Shown here: positions 10,319-19,550 of the stretch, in pieces | Numbering within the stretch: position 1 is the stretch's first letter | How the letters are laid out: each line of letters begins with the position of its first letter | Origin: an uncultured Clostridia bacterium | GTDB taxonomy: Bacteria; Bacillota; Clostridia; TANB77; CAG-508 | Assembly: GCA_944387445.1 (NCBI GenBank) | Contig: CALXEX010000004.1 | Location: forward strand, 689-64,688 | Reading direction: 5' to 3' | Length of the DNA: 64,000 bases | The notes under the pieces: model-generated | Seen by the model: the letters and a program-made list of their open reading frames with translations, nothing else | Databases searched by the model: none | Told to the model about the DNA's origin: nothing | Program-made: the position numbers and the translations under genes

Positions 10319-10984
10319 ATGGAGGAAACAATGGAAAAGATGGAAAAGAAACAAAAAATTTTTATTATTTCAATTTGTGTTATTGTGGCAATCATTATAG
10401 TAGCGCTTATCGGATATGTTATAACAACCAATCAAGAAGCAAATACAAATAAAAATAGATTAGCGAATATGTATGAAAAAATGATGCAAAATGAAACTTA
10501 TCGTATAACCTTTCAATTAGATGATAATAATAAATATACAGTATCTAGAAAAGGAAATTTAGCCAATATTGATACTTATCATAATGGAAGCCATACAACA
10601 GATATTATCAAAGATGGAAATACGTATTTATTAATGTATAGTACAAAAAAATACTATATGTATCAAAATAATGAAACAGAACTTGCAGAATTATCTAATA
10701 CGTTAAATGAAATAATTCAAAGTCAAGAACCTGAAAAAGGACAGGAGAAAATAGATGGAGACAATTATCGCTATGAAGAATATAAAGGTGTATCTGATTT
10801 CTTAATGAATACAGACGAAAATGTTTCAGAAGAAGAAATCAATACCAGATTTTATTTCGATGGTGATGATTTAAAATATATTAAAACAATTATGGGAGAT
10901 ACTTCTGAATTAATCAGTGTCAATGTATCTTATGATGTTACAGATGATATATTTGAAATACCATCAGATTTCCAAGGAGAATAA
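10319..10984 (+). CDS. hypothetical secreted or membrane-anchored protein
   Basis: N-terminal TM helix or signal anchor. Alternative ATG at 10331 just after GGAGG. No recognised domain. Confidence 0.5.
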   Translation: MEETMEKMEKKQKIFIISICVIVAIIIVALIGYVITTNQEANTNKNRLANMYEKMMQNETYRITFQLDDNNKYTVSRKGNLANIDTYHNGSHTTDIIKDGNTYLLMYSTKKYYMYQNNETELAELSNTLNEIIQSQEPEKGQEKIDGDNYRYEEYKGVSDFLMNTDENVSEEEINTRFYFDGDDLKYIKTIMGDTSELISVNVSYDVTDDIFEIPSDFQGE

Positions 10985-11061
10985 AAAGGTTAACAATGAA
11001 GCGCTTGCCTAGTGCAAGACTTCACCAATATAAATTAATATTATTAAGGAGGAATTGAAAA

Positions 11062-12225
11062 ATGTCAGTAAAATTTGTTTTAAATGAAACATCATATTTC
11101 GGAAAAGGAGCAAGAGAAGAACTTGCAGGAGAAATCCAAAAAAGGGGATTCAAAAAAGTATTTTTAGTAAGTGATAAATCTTTAGTAGAAGCTGGTGTAA
11201 CAGCTAAAGTTGAAGAAGTATTAAATAAGGCAAATGTTCCTTATGATTTATATGATGAAATAAAACCAAATCCAACAATAAAAAATGTAACAGATGGTGT
11301 AGAAGCTTGCAAAAGATCAGAAGCAGATTTAATAGTAGCTGTAGGTGGAGGCTCAAGTATAGACACAGCAAAAGGAATTTCTATTGTTATGACAAATCCA
11401 GATAGAGCAGATATTAAATCTTTAAATGGAGCATCTGATACAGCAAATAGAGGATTACCTGTTATTGCATTACCAACAACAGCAGGAACAGCAGCAGAAG
11501 TTACCATTAATTATGTTATTACAGATGAAGATGCAGAAGTAAAAATGGTATGTGTAGACCCTAATGATATTCCAATTTTAGCAATCATTGATTCAGAATT
11601 AATGGGTTCAATGCCAAAAAGTTTGGCAGCAGCAACAGGAATGGATGCATTAACACATGCAGTAGAAGGATATATCACAAAAGCACATAATGAAATGTCA
11701 GATATGTTTCATATGAAGGCTATCAAAATGATATTTAAATATTTACCATCAGCTGTTAACGAGAAAAATGAAGAAGCAATTGAAATGATGGGAATGGCGC
11801 AATATATTGCTGGAATGGGATTCTCAAATGTAGGACTTGGAATTGTTCATTCAATGGCACATCAATTAGGAGCCGTATATGATACACCACATGGAATTGC
11901 TAATGCTATGCTACTTCCAACAGTTATGAGATTTAATGGAGAAGACCCAGCAACAGCACAAAGATTTAGAGAAATCTTAATGAATATCGGAAGACCAGAT
12001 GCAGAACACCTAAATGATCAAGATGTTATTAATACATTTGTATGGATGATTTCAGAATTAAGCAAAACAGTAGGAATTAATACAAAAATTACAGATTATG
12101 GAGCAAAAGAAGAAGATTTTGAAATGCTTGCTGAAAAAGCAATGAATGATCCATGTAAACCAGGAAATCCAAGAGATGTTACAAAAGAAGATTTTATAGA
12201 ATTATATAGAAGAGCAGCACAATAA
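11062..12225 (+). CDS. iron-containing (group III) alcohol dehydrogenase, FucO/DhaT-like
   Basis: GGGSSIDTAKG, HAVEGY and HSMAHQLG metal-site motifs. 387 aa. Confidence 0.85.
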   Translation: MSVKFVLNETSYFGKGAREELAGEIQKRGFKKVFLVSDKSLVEAGVTAKVEEVLNKANVPYDLYDEIKPNPTIKNVTDGVEACKRSEADLIVAVGGGSSIDTAKGISIVMTNPDRADIKSLNGASDTANRGLPVIALPTTAGTAAEVTINYVITDEDAEVKMVCVDPNDIPILAIIDSELMGSMPKSLAAATGMDALTHAVEGYITKAHNEMSDMFHMKAIKMIFKYLPSAVNEKNEEAIEMMGMAQYIAGMGFSNVGLGIVHSMAHQLGAVYDTPHGIANAMLLPTVMRFNGEDPATAQRFREILMNIGRPDAEHLNDQDVINTFVWMISELSKTVGINTKITDYGAKEEDFEMLAEKAMNDPCKPGNPRDVTKEDFIELYRRAAQ

Positions 12226-12356
12226 ATAATTTTTCGGCCCTATATACTTACCACTTGTATATAGGGCTGAATCGTTATAATTTTATAAATTTCAAAAAAA
12301 CACTTGTAAAAACTAAAAAAATGTGTAATAATATTAACATAAAAGAAAAAGACCAT

Positions 12357-12640
12357 AAAAAAGAGGAGTACATTTACACAGATTTTTAGAGAATAGAAGT
12401 CATTGGCTGGAAGCTTCTTAAATCATGATAAATGGAAGGTAGCTTTTTTGTTGATATTCTGAAATAATAGTAGGAATATCCGTTTAGGCAACGTTAAAAG
12501 CATTAATGAGATGTATAATCATTTGTTTTAAACATAAAAAAATAAAATTCAAATGAAAAAATAAGAACACAATTGATTATATAAGTAAGGTGGTACCGTG
12601 GATATCATTCGCCCTTATGTTTTATGCATAAGGGCTTTTT
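12357..12640 (+). promoter_or_regulatory. T-box leader riboswitch (tRNA-sensing attenuator)
   Basis: T-box sequence AAGGTGGTACCGTGG at 12587-12601. Terminator gcccttatg/cataagggc plus T5 at 12611-12640. Stem I has base AAAAAAG/CTTTTTT, AGTA (12367), AGAGAA (12388), a distal loop with GGCTGGAAG, and a specifier-loop candidate GGAAGGTAG (12434-12442). Confidence 0.85.
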
Positions 12641-12679
12641 GTGTTATAGAAGAATCGCTTTTTCTATAACACAAAAAAA
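12636..12679. repeat. palindromic element, copy 2
   Basis: tttttgtgttatagaa-(loop with AATCG)-ttctataacacaaaaa. Same layout and similar sequence as 9957-10005, and again directly behind a terminator. Confidence 0.7.
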
Positions 12680-12723
12680 CAAAGAACGTGAATACATGAT
12701 GTAAAGGAGATTACAAAAAAAGC

Positions 12724-13713
12724 ATGGAAAAAATAAGAATGTGGAAATTAGATAATATCAAAGCAATATTAATTTTTCTTGTAGTATTAGGACATTTATT
12801 TGATTTGCGTAATCAAGGATTTATAAATTTTTTATTTATAGTGATCTATTTTTTCCATATGCCAGCTTTTGTATTTTGCTCAGGGTATTTCAGTAGACCT
12901 AGAAATAAAAAGGCAATAGTAAAATATTTAATACTTTATATAGGTGTGCAAACAATATATTACTTATTTTGTAACTATTGTTTAGGAGAGGACAAAAAAT
13001 TAACATATTATACACCATACAGGAGTTTATGGTTTCTACTTGCACTATCTGCATGGAATATTTTATTAACATTTTTTGATACGAATAATCATAAAAAACA
13101 AATTTTAATGATTTTATCATCTATAATCTTTGGATTAGTAATTGGATATATTTCATATCCATCCCTAAAGATTTTTAGTATATCACGTATTTTGGTATAT
13201 TTGCCGTTCTTTTTAACAGGATATTATCTAAAAAAGAATGATATCACATTGCTATGGAAAGAAAAACTGTCTAATAATAGTAAAAAAATAATTTCCGCAT
13301 TACTCATGATTATGATAGTAGGTATATTATTTTATATATGGCAAAATTATAAACAATGGGATTATGAATGGCTTTATGGAAGTATATCATATAAAGCCGG
13401 TGAATATGGACCATTAGAAAGATTAATACAGTATATAGTTGCAATTTTATGTATGATTAGTCTTTTATGGTTTATACCAAATAAAAAATATAAATTAACA
13501 TATGTTGGTAAATATACCCTTGTTATTTATTTACTTCATATTTTTATTGTAAAAACAATTGAAAGTATGAAAGTTTTAAGTGATAATCCATATATATTTT
13601 TATTGCAAACGAGTATTATTGCTGTTGTACTAACAACTATTTTACCAATCTTACCAATTGCAAAAGAAAATTTAATGAATGAAAAAGAAAGGAAGGGGAG
13701 AAAAAATGGGTGA
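12724..13713 (+). CDS. integral-membrane acyltransferase (acyltransferase family 3, OatA/fucose-acetylase-like)
   Basis: N-terminal DNIKAILIFLVVLGHLF motif, about 10 predicted TM helices, AAAGGAG RBS. Confidence 0.75.
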   Translation: MEKIRMWKLDNIKAILIFLVVLGHLFDLRNQGFINFLFIVIYFFHMPAFVFCSGYFSRPRNKKAIVKYLILYIGVQTIYYLFCNYCLGEDKKLTYYTPYRSLWFLLALSAWNILLTFFDTNNHKKQILMILSSIIFGLVIGYISYPSLKIFSISRILVYLPFFLTGYYLKKNDITLLWKEKLSNNSKKIISALLMIMIVGILFYIWQNYKQWDYEWLYGSISYKAGEYGPLERLIQYIVAILCMISLLWFIPNKKYKLTYVGKYTLVIYLLHIFIVKTIESMKVLSDNPYIFLLQTSIIAVVLTTILPILPIAKENLMNEKERKGRKNG

Positions 13714-14002
13714 TGTACAAGAAAGTAAGCAAAAGAAAAAATTTGTTGAACTGTATGAAAAACATAAATTAAGTCCTACAGAAGAATTAATTTTTAAACC
13801 ACATAAAGAAAATGGACTTAAAAACTTGACTAGAGATGAAATTGAAAAATATTTGAGTTTAGATATAAAAGCTTTGAAAAAAACAAAAATGAATATAAAA
13901 ACAATTATTATTGCAGAAAAAACACAAAAGTTTTTGGTTGAAAATAAACAAAAATTATTAAATAAAATTAAAGAAAGGGAGGAAAAGGAGAATGAACGAT
14001 AA
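13706..14002 (+). CDS. small Lys/Glu-rich hypothetical protein
   Basis: The ATG at 13706 follows GGAAGGGGAG and overlaps the acyltransferase stop (ATGGGTGA). Its 3' end overlaps the valS start by 11 nt. No domain recognised. Confidence 0.4.
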   Translation: MGDVQESKQKKKFVELYEKHKLSPTEELIFKPHKENGLKNLTRDEIEKYLSLDIKALKKTKMNIKTIIIAEKTQKFLVENKQKLLNKIKEREEKENER

Positions 14003-16652
14003 GTATAATCCAAAAGATTTTGAAGAAAAACTATATCAAGAATGGGAGGAAAAAGGATATTTCAAACCAAGTATGGATAAAACGAAAGAAAGTTATTGTA
14101 TTATGATGCCACCACCAAATGTAACAGGAAAATTACACATGGGGCATGCTTTAGATGATACAATACAAGATATTTTAATTCGTTTTAAAAGAATGCAAGG
14201 ATATAATACTTTATGGCTTCCAGGAACAGACCATGCTGCCATTTCAACAGAAATGAAGGTAGTTGAAAAACTAAGAAATGAAGGAAAAACAAAACAAGAA
14301 TTAGGTAGAGAAAAATTCCTAGAAGAAGCATGGGAATGGACAAGGATTTATGGTGGAACGATTGAAATGCAACAAAAGAAATTAGGTTGTTCTTGTGATT
14401 GGGATAGAAAACGTTTTACTATGGACGAAGGATTATCAGATGCTGTTTTAGAGCAATTTGTTGATTTATATAACAAAGGGCTAATCTATAAAGGAAAAAG
14501 AATGATTAACTATTGTCCAAGTTGTAAAACCTCTATTTCAGATGCAGAAGTAGAATACAAAGAAGAAGCTTCTCATTTATGGCATATCCGTTATCAAATA
14601 ACAGGAGAAAAAGATAGATATATTGTAGTTGCCACAACAAGACCTGAAACGATGCTTGGAGATACAGCGGTTGCCGTTCATCCAGAAGATGAAAGATATA
14701 AAGATTTAGTTGGAAAAACATGTATTTTACCAATTATGAATAAAGAAATTCCAATTATTGCAGATGATTTTGTTGATAAAGAATTTGGAACAGGATGTGT
14801 TAAAATTACACCAGCACATGATATGAATGATTATCAAGCAGGTTTAAGACATAATCTAGAAATTGTAGAAGTGTTTGATGAAGATTATAAAATGGGTGAT
14901 CTAGTTCCAGAATATAAAGGAATGGATTTATTAGAAGCTAGAAAAGCAATTGTCAAAAAACTAGAGGAAATTGGGGCATTAGTAAAAACAGAAGACTATA
15001 CCCATAATGTAGCAAAATGTGAAAGATGTAAAACAACGATAGAACCAAAAATATCTGAGCAATGGTTTGTTTCTATGAAAGAACTAGCAAAAAGAGCAGC
15101 AGATTCTGTTAGAAATCATGAAGCTAGATTTATTCCTAAAAAATATGAAAAACAATATTTTAATTGGCTAGATAATATACAAGATTGGTGTATATCAAGA
15201 CAATTATGGTGGGGACATCAAATACCAGCATATTATTGTGAAGAATGTGGACATATTAATGTTGCAAAAACAGCACCTACAAAATGTGAAAAATGTGGTA
15301 GCACAAAATTACATCAAGATGAAGACACACTAGATACATGGTTTAGTTCTGCATTATGGCCATTCTCAACGTTAGGTTGGCCAAACACAGAAACAGAAGA
15401 TTATAAAACATTCTATCCAACAAATGTATTGGTTACAGGATTTGATATTATTACTTTCTGGGTATCTAGAATGATGTCACAAGGATTAGAATTTACAGGT
15501 CAAGCACCATTTAAAGATATTTTAATCCATGGAATGGTTCGTGATAGCCAAGGAAGAAAAATGTCTAAAACATTGGGAAATGGTATAGACCCAATTGAAA
15601 TTATTGATGAGTATGGAGCAGATAGTTTACGTTTTGCTGTTATATCAGGAACAACAATGGGAAATGATATCAGATATATGCCAGAAAAACTAGAACAAGC
15701 TTCAAATTTTGCCAATAAAATATGGAATGCAACAAAATTTATTAGAAATAGTGATGTAAAAGATGAAAACATTATAGAATTCCACACAAAAGTATATGAT
15801 AAAGAAGCAAAAACATATCAAAAAGATTTATTAAATATAGAAGACAAATGGATTATCAATAAACTAGAAACTTTAATCGCAGAAGTAACCAATAATATGG
15901 AAAATTATGACTTAGGTGTTGCGTTAGATAAAGTATATAACTTTATTTGGAACGAATTCTGTGACTGGTATATTGAAATGGTAAAACCAAGATTATATAG
16001 TGATGACTACAAAGAGAAAGTAAAAGTTTGCTATGTATTAGATTATGTATTTGGTATTTCAATGAAACTATTACATCCATTTATGCCATTTGTGACAACA
16101 GAAATTTATAGAAATTTAGTAAAATACAATGATAAAGAATTAATGGTATCAAAATGGCCTTATGCAAAAAACGAGAATGCATTTAAAGAGGAAGAAGAAT
16201 TTGTTGAAAGATTAAAAGCAATTATTATAGAAATCAGAAATACAAGAGCAAATATGAATGTACATCCATCTAAAAAAGCAGAATTGATCTTTGTAACTGA
16301 AAAATATGAAAAAGAAATAGAAGAAGCAAAAGAATTCTTATTAAAATTAGGATTTGGAAGTCATATAACTATTCAAAAAGATAAAGCAGGAATTAAAGAC
16401 AATGCCATTAGCATTGTACAAGATGGAATAGAACTATATATGCCATTTGAAGGATTAGTGGATATGGAACAAGAAAGAAAAAGATTACAAGAAGAAAAGA
16501 AAAGACTTGAAGGCGAAGTGGCAAGATGTGAAAAGATGTTATCTAATCCAGGATTTATGAATAAAGCACCACAAAGTAAAATCGATGAAGAAAAAGCAAA
16601 ATTGGAAAAATACAAAGATATGCTAGCAAAAGTAATGGAATCTTTGAAGTAA
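13992..16652 (+). CDS. valS: valyl-tRNA synthetase
   Basis: PNVTGKLHMGH (HIGH-type) and KMSKT motifs, a CP1 editing region and a C-terminal coiled coil. 886 aa. Confidence 0.96.
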   Translation: MNDKYNPKDFEEKLYQEWEEKGYFKPSMDKTKESYCIMMPPPNVTGKLHMGHALDDTIQDILIRFKRMQGYNTLWLPGTDHAAISTEMKVVEKLRNEGKTKQELGREKFLEEAWEWTRIYGGTIEMQQKKLGCSCDWDRKRFTMDEGLSDAVLEQFVDLYNKGLIYKGKRMINYCPSCKTSISDAEVEYKEEASHLWHIRYQITGEKDRYIVVATTRPETMLGDTAVAVHPEDERYKDLVGKTCILPIMNKEIPIIADDFVDKEFGTGCVKITPAHDMNDYQAGLRHNLEIVEVFDEDYKMGDLVPEYKGMDLLEARKAIVKKLEEIGALVKTEDYTHNVAKCERCKTTIEPKISEQWFVSMKELAKRAADSVRNHEARFIPKKYEKQYFNWLDNIQDWCISRQLWWGHQIPAYYCEECGHINVAKTAPTKCEKCGSTKLHQDEDTLDTWFSSALWPFSTLGWPNTETEDYKTFYPTNVLVTGFDIITFWVSRMMSQGLEFTGQAPFKDILIHGMVRDSQGRKMSKTLGNGIDPIEIIDEYGADSLRFAVISGTTMGNDIRYMPEKLEQASNFANKIWNATKFIRNSDVKDENIIEFHTKVYDKEAKTYQKDLLNIEDKWIINKLETLIAEVTNNMENYDLGVALDKVYNFIWNEFCDWYIEMVKPRLYSDDYKEKVKVCYVLDYVFGISMKLLHPFMPFVTTEIYRNLVKYNDKELMVSKWPYAKNENAFKEEEEFVERLKAIIIEIRNTRANMNVHPSKKAELIFVTEKYEKEIEEAKEFLLKLGFGSHITIQKDKAGIKDNAISIVQDGIELYMPFEGLVDMEQERKRLQEEKKRLEGEVARCEKMLSNPGFMNKAPQSKIDEEKAKLEKYKDMLAKVMESLK

Positions 16653-16791
16653 TTTTATAAAAAACTTGACAGACATTTTCTTTTATAAGGGGTGTCTGTT
16701 TGCATTTTCCATAAATTCAGGAATTATGTGCATTGAAAACTTTTTATTATTATGATAATATGTGAAAAGTAAATAAAAGTAGGAGAAGAAA

Positions 16792-17766
16792 ATGAGTAAT
16801 TTAGATAATAATTTATATTCCAAAATTTCTTTAAAATTTAATCAAGATGGTAAATTTAAAATATTAATGATGTCAGACATACAAGAATCTCTGGACTATG
16901 ATAGAAGAACATTAGAAAATATAAATAAAATAATAGAACACACAAAACCTGATTTAGTAGTATTAGGAGGAGATAACTGTGATGGAACTATCATAAAAAC
17001 AGAAAATGAACTAAAGGCATATCTAGATATTTTCTCTGAACCTATGGAAAAAAGAAAAATTCCATGGATGCATGTTTTTGGAAATCATGACCATGATGTA
17101 ACAATTGATGATATTTATATGACTAAAATTTATGAAAGTTATAAATATTGTATTTCCAAACATACAGAAGATATTTATGGTACTACAAATTATGTTCTTC
17201 CAATCAAATATTCAAATAAAGATGAAATAGCATTTAATATTTGGGCATTAGATACAAATAATCAGATAAAAGATACCGATATAGAAATAGATAAAAACAT
17301 GGATATGTTAAGAAAACCTTCAATGTCAGGTGAATGGGATATATTGCATTTTGACCAATTAATGTGGTATTGGAATAGTTCTAAAGAAATAGAAGAATAT
17401 TGTAATAAAAGAATTCATGGGATATTATTTATGCACATACCACCTTGGGAATTTCAATATATTGTAAATAATCCTGAATACACAAATGGAAAAGGTAGTA
17501 TGAAAGAAATTATGAAAATAGGTATGTTTAATTCTGGTATATTTTCAACGATATTACAAAGAAACGATATTAAATGTATTGGTTGTGGACATAGTCACAA
17601 TGATTGTTTTGATGGGGAATTTTGTGGCATAAAAATGTGTTTGGATGCATGTGCTGGATATAGTCCATATGGTACAGATGAATTGAGAGGCGGAAGAATT
17701 TTTGAGATTAATGAAAATAATACAAATCATATAAATACGTATATGGTACATTATAAAGATTTATGA
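16792..17766 (+). CDS. calcineurin-like metallophosphoesterase
   Basis: MSDIQE, GGDNCDG, GNHDHD and GHSHND motifs. Confidence 0.75.
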   Translation: MSNLDNNLYSKISLKFNQDGKFKILMMSDIQESLDYDRRTLENINKIIEHTKPDLVVLGGDNCDGTIIKTENELKAYLDIFSEPMEKRKIPWMHVFGNHDHDVTIDDIYMTKIYESYKYCISKHTEDIYGTTNYVLPIKYSNKDEIAFNIWALDTNNQIKDTDIEIDKNMDMLRKPSMSGEWDILHFDQLMWYWNSSKEIEEYCNKRIHGILFMHIPPWEFQYIVNNPEYTNGKGSMKEIMKIGMFNSGIFSTILQRNDIKCIGCGHSHNDCFDGEFCGIKMCLDACAGYSPYGTDELRGGRIFEINENNTNHINTYMVHYKDL

Positions 17767-17798
17767 GAATGAATAGCGAAAATTAAAGGGAGTTTCAA

Positions 17799-19550
17799 AT
17801 GAAAAAATATAACAAAATAATCACAAAAGAATTAAACCGAATACTACCATATCATTTACTGGGCGTTGTATTTCATACAATTGTCATTTATTTAGCATTC
17901 AAAATTCCAGAAAGCATAGGAAAAATATTAGATATGCTATCTCAAACCAATGTAGATAAAGGGCAAATTATGCAAGAAGCATATTGGCTAATATTTTATT
18001 GTGCTATTGTATTTATCCCAAGAACAATTTATCGTATTTTACTTTTTACAGTTTCAAGAAAAGCAGATACTAATTTAAGAAAAGAAGTTATTAAACATTT
18101 ACAAAAAGTAAAGCCAGAATATTTTGAAAAAGAAAATAAAGGCGCATATCTAGCATATTTATCAAAAGAAATTTTATCAATACATAAAATATTGGGAGAT
18201 CACCTTTTTCAACTTGCAAAAATTGTTGTAACACCAATAATAGCAATATCTTTGATTTGGGGACAATTTAATAAAAATTTAGCATTATGGCTCATACCAA
18301 TTTTTCCAATTGCAATTACATGTATGTTTTATTCTTATAAAAAGTTAAAAGAAAAAATAGAAATATCCAGAAGAATATATGTAGAGTTATCAAAAAACAT
18401 AGAACAAAATACAGATGGATTTTTATTGATAAAATCGTATAATCAGCAAGAAAACCAAATAAATCATTTTAAACATATCAATTCAAAAATGTATAAAGCA
18501 GATTATGAAATTGGAGTTGCTAAAAATCGTATAAGTAGAATTATTAATATTCTATATGGTTTGTGTTTCATGATTAGTTTTGTTGTTGGAATCCAATACA
18601 TAGAACTAGGAAAAATGACAGTAGGTGGATTAACAGCATTTATAGGTTATATAAGTACTACATTAAGCAATTTTGTAGCAGGAACACAACAATTATTAGA
18701 AAGGATGCCATATTGGAGACAGTCGTTAGATAGATTTAATTATTTTTTAAATTTAGATGAATATAAAAAAGATGGAAAAAGTTTAGAAAAAATAGATACA
18801 ATAGAAATTAAACATTTATCATACTGGTATGATGATACTGAAAAACCAGCATTAGATAATATCAATATGATGATTAATCATGGAGAAAAAATAGGAATTA
18901 TCGGACAAGTTGGTAGTGGCAAAACAACTTTAATGAATATCATATCAGGCTTTTATGAAATACCAAAAGGAATGGTATTAATAAATGGGGAAGATATAGG
19001 CGATTATAAAAGAGATGATTTATTTTCGAAATATAATTATGCCCTGCAACAAAATATTATATTAGATGATACAATCAAAGCAAATGTAGATATTATGGAA
19101 AATTTGGAAGATAACGAATTTGAAAAAATTATAAAAAATGCAGAATTGGAAGAAGATATAGAAAAGCTAGAAGAAAAGGAAGAAACAGTTGTAGGAGAAA
19201 AAGGAGTTAAACTATCTGGAGGACAAAAACAAAGAGTATCTATTGCAAGAAATTTATCTAATGCAAGGGAAATTAATATTTTTGATGATACGCTATCAGC
19301 ATTAGATTCTACTACAGAAAAGAAAATCATGAATTATCTATTAGAAGAGGTAGGAGATAACACATTAATTGTCATAGCAAACAAAATATCTAGTGTAGAA
19401 AAGTTAGACAAAATCTATGTATTATTAGATGGAAAGATTGAGGATTGTGGAACACATGAAGAATTGTTAAAAAGAAATAAATTTTACAAAGAAGTTTATC
19501 TATTAGAAAAAAAGGAGGAAGAAGATGAAATCTATACTAAAGAAAAATAG
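17799..19550 (+). CDS. ABC exporter subunit (fused permease and ATPase)
   Basis: Six-TM N-terminal domain, Walker A GQVGSGKTT, signature LSGGQKQR, Walker B IFDD. Confidence 0.88.
   Translation: MKKYNKIITKELNRILPYHLLGVVFHTIVIYLAFKIPESIGKILDMLSQTNVDKGQIMQEAYWLIFYCAIVFIPRTIYRILLFTVSRKADTNLRKEVIKHLQKVKPEYFEKENKGAYLAYLSKEILSIHKILGDHLFQLAKIVVTPIIAISLIWGQFNKNLALWLIPIFPIAITCMFYSYKKLKEKIEISRRIYVELSKNIEQNTDGFLLIKSYNQQENQINHFKHINSKMYKADYEIGVAKNRISRIINILYGLCFMISFVVGIQYIELGKMTVGGLTAFIGYISTTLSNFVAGTQQLLERMPYWRQSLDRFNYFLNLDEYKKDGKSLEKIDTIEIKHLSYWYDDTEKPALDNINMMINHGEKIGIIGQVGSGKTTLMNIISGFYEIPKGMVLINGEDIGDYKRDDLFSKYNYALQQNIILDDTIKANVDIMENLEDNEFEKIIKNAELEEDIEKLEEKEETVVGEKGVKLSGGQKQRVSIARNLSNAREINIFDDTLSALDSTTEKKIMNYLLEEVGDNTLIVIANKISSVEKLDKIYVLLDGKIEDCGTHEELLKRNKFYKEVYLLEKKEEEDEIYTKEK

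Noticed and set aside
12237-12267. Hairpin gccctatata/tatatagggc after the alcohol dehydrogenase gene as an intrinsic terminator.
   Set aside because: No T-run follows on the coding strand, and the T-rich side is upstream, so it is at best a weak or RNA-stabilising hairpin. I left it out of the feature list.
12435-12441. Reading the T-box specifier as GAA-GGU-A (glycine).
   Set aside because: I did not adopt it as the primary call. The downstream synthetase is valS, and GUA plus a purine directly abuts the basal helix. The Gly register can't be excluded without a covariance-model alignment.
13672-14013. 113-aa minus-strand ORF mirroring the small Lys/Glu-rich plus-strand ORF.
   Set aside because: The plus-strand reading has a strong RBS and stop/start coupling with both neighbours. 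The minus-strand version has neither.
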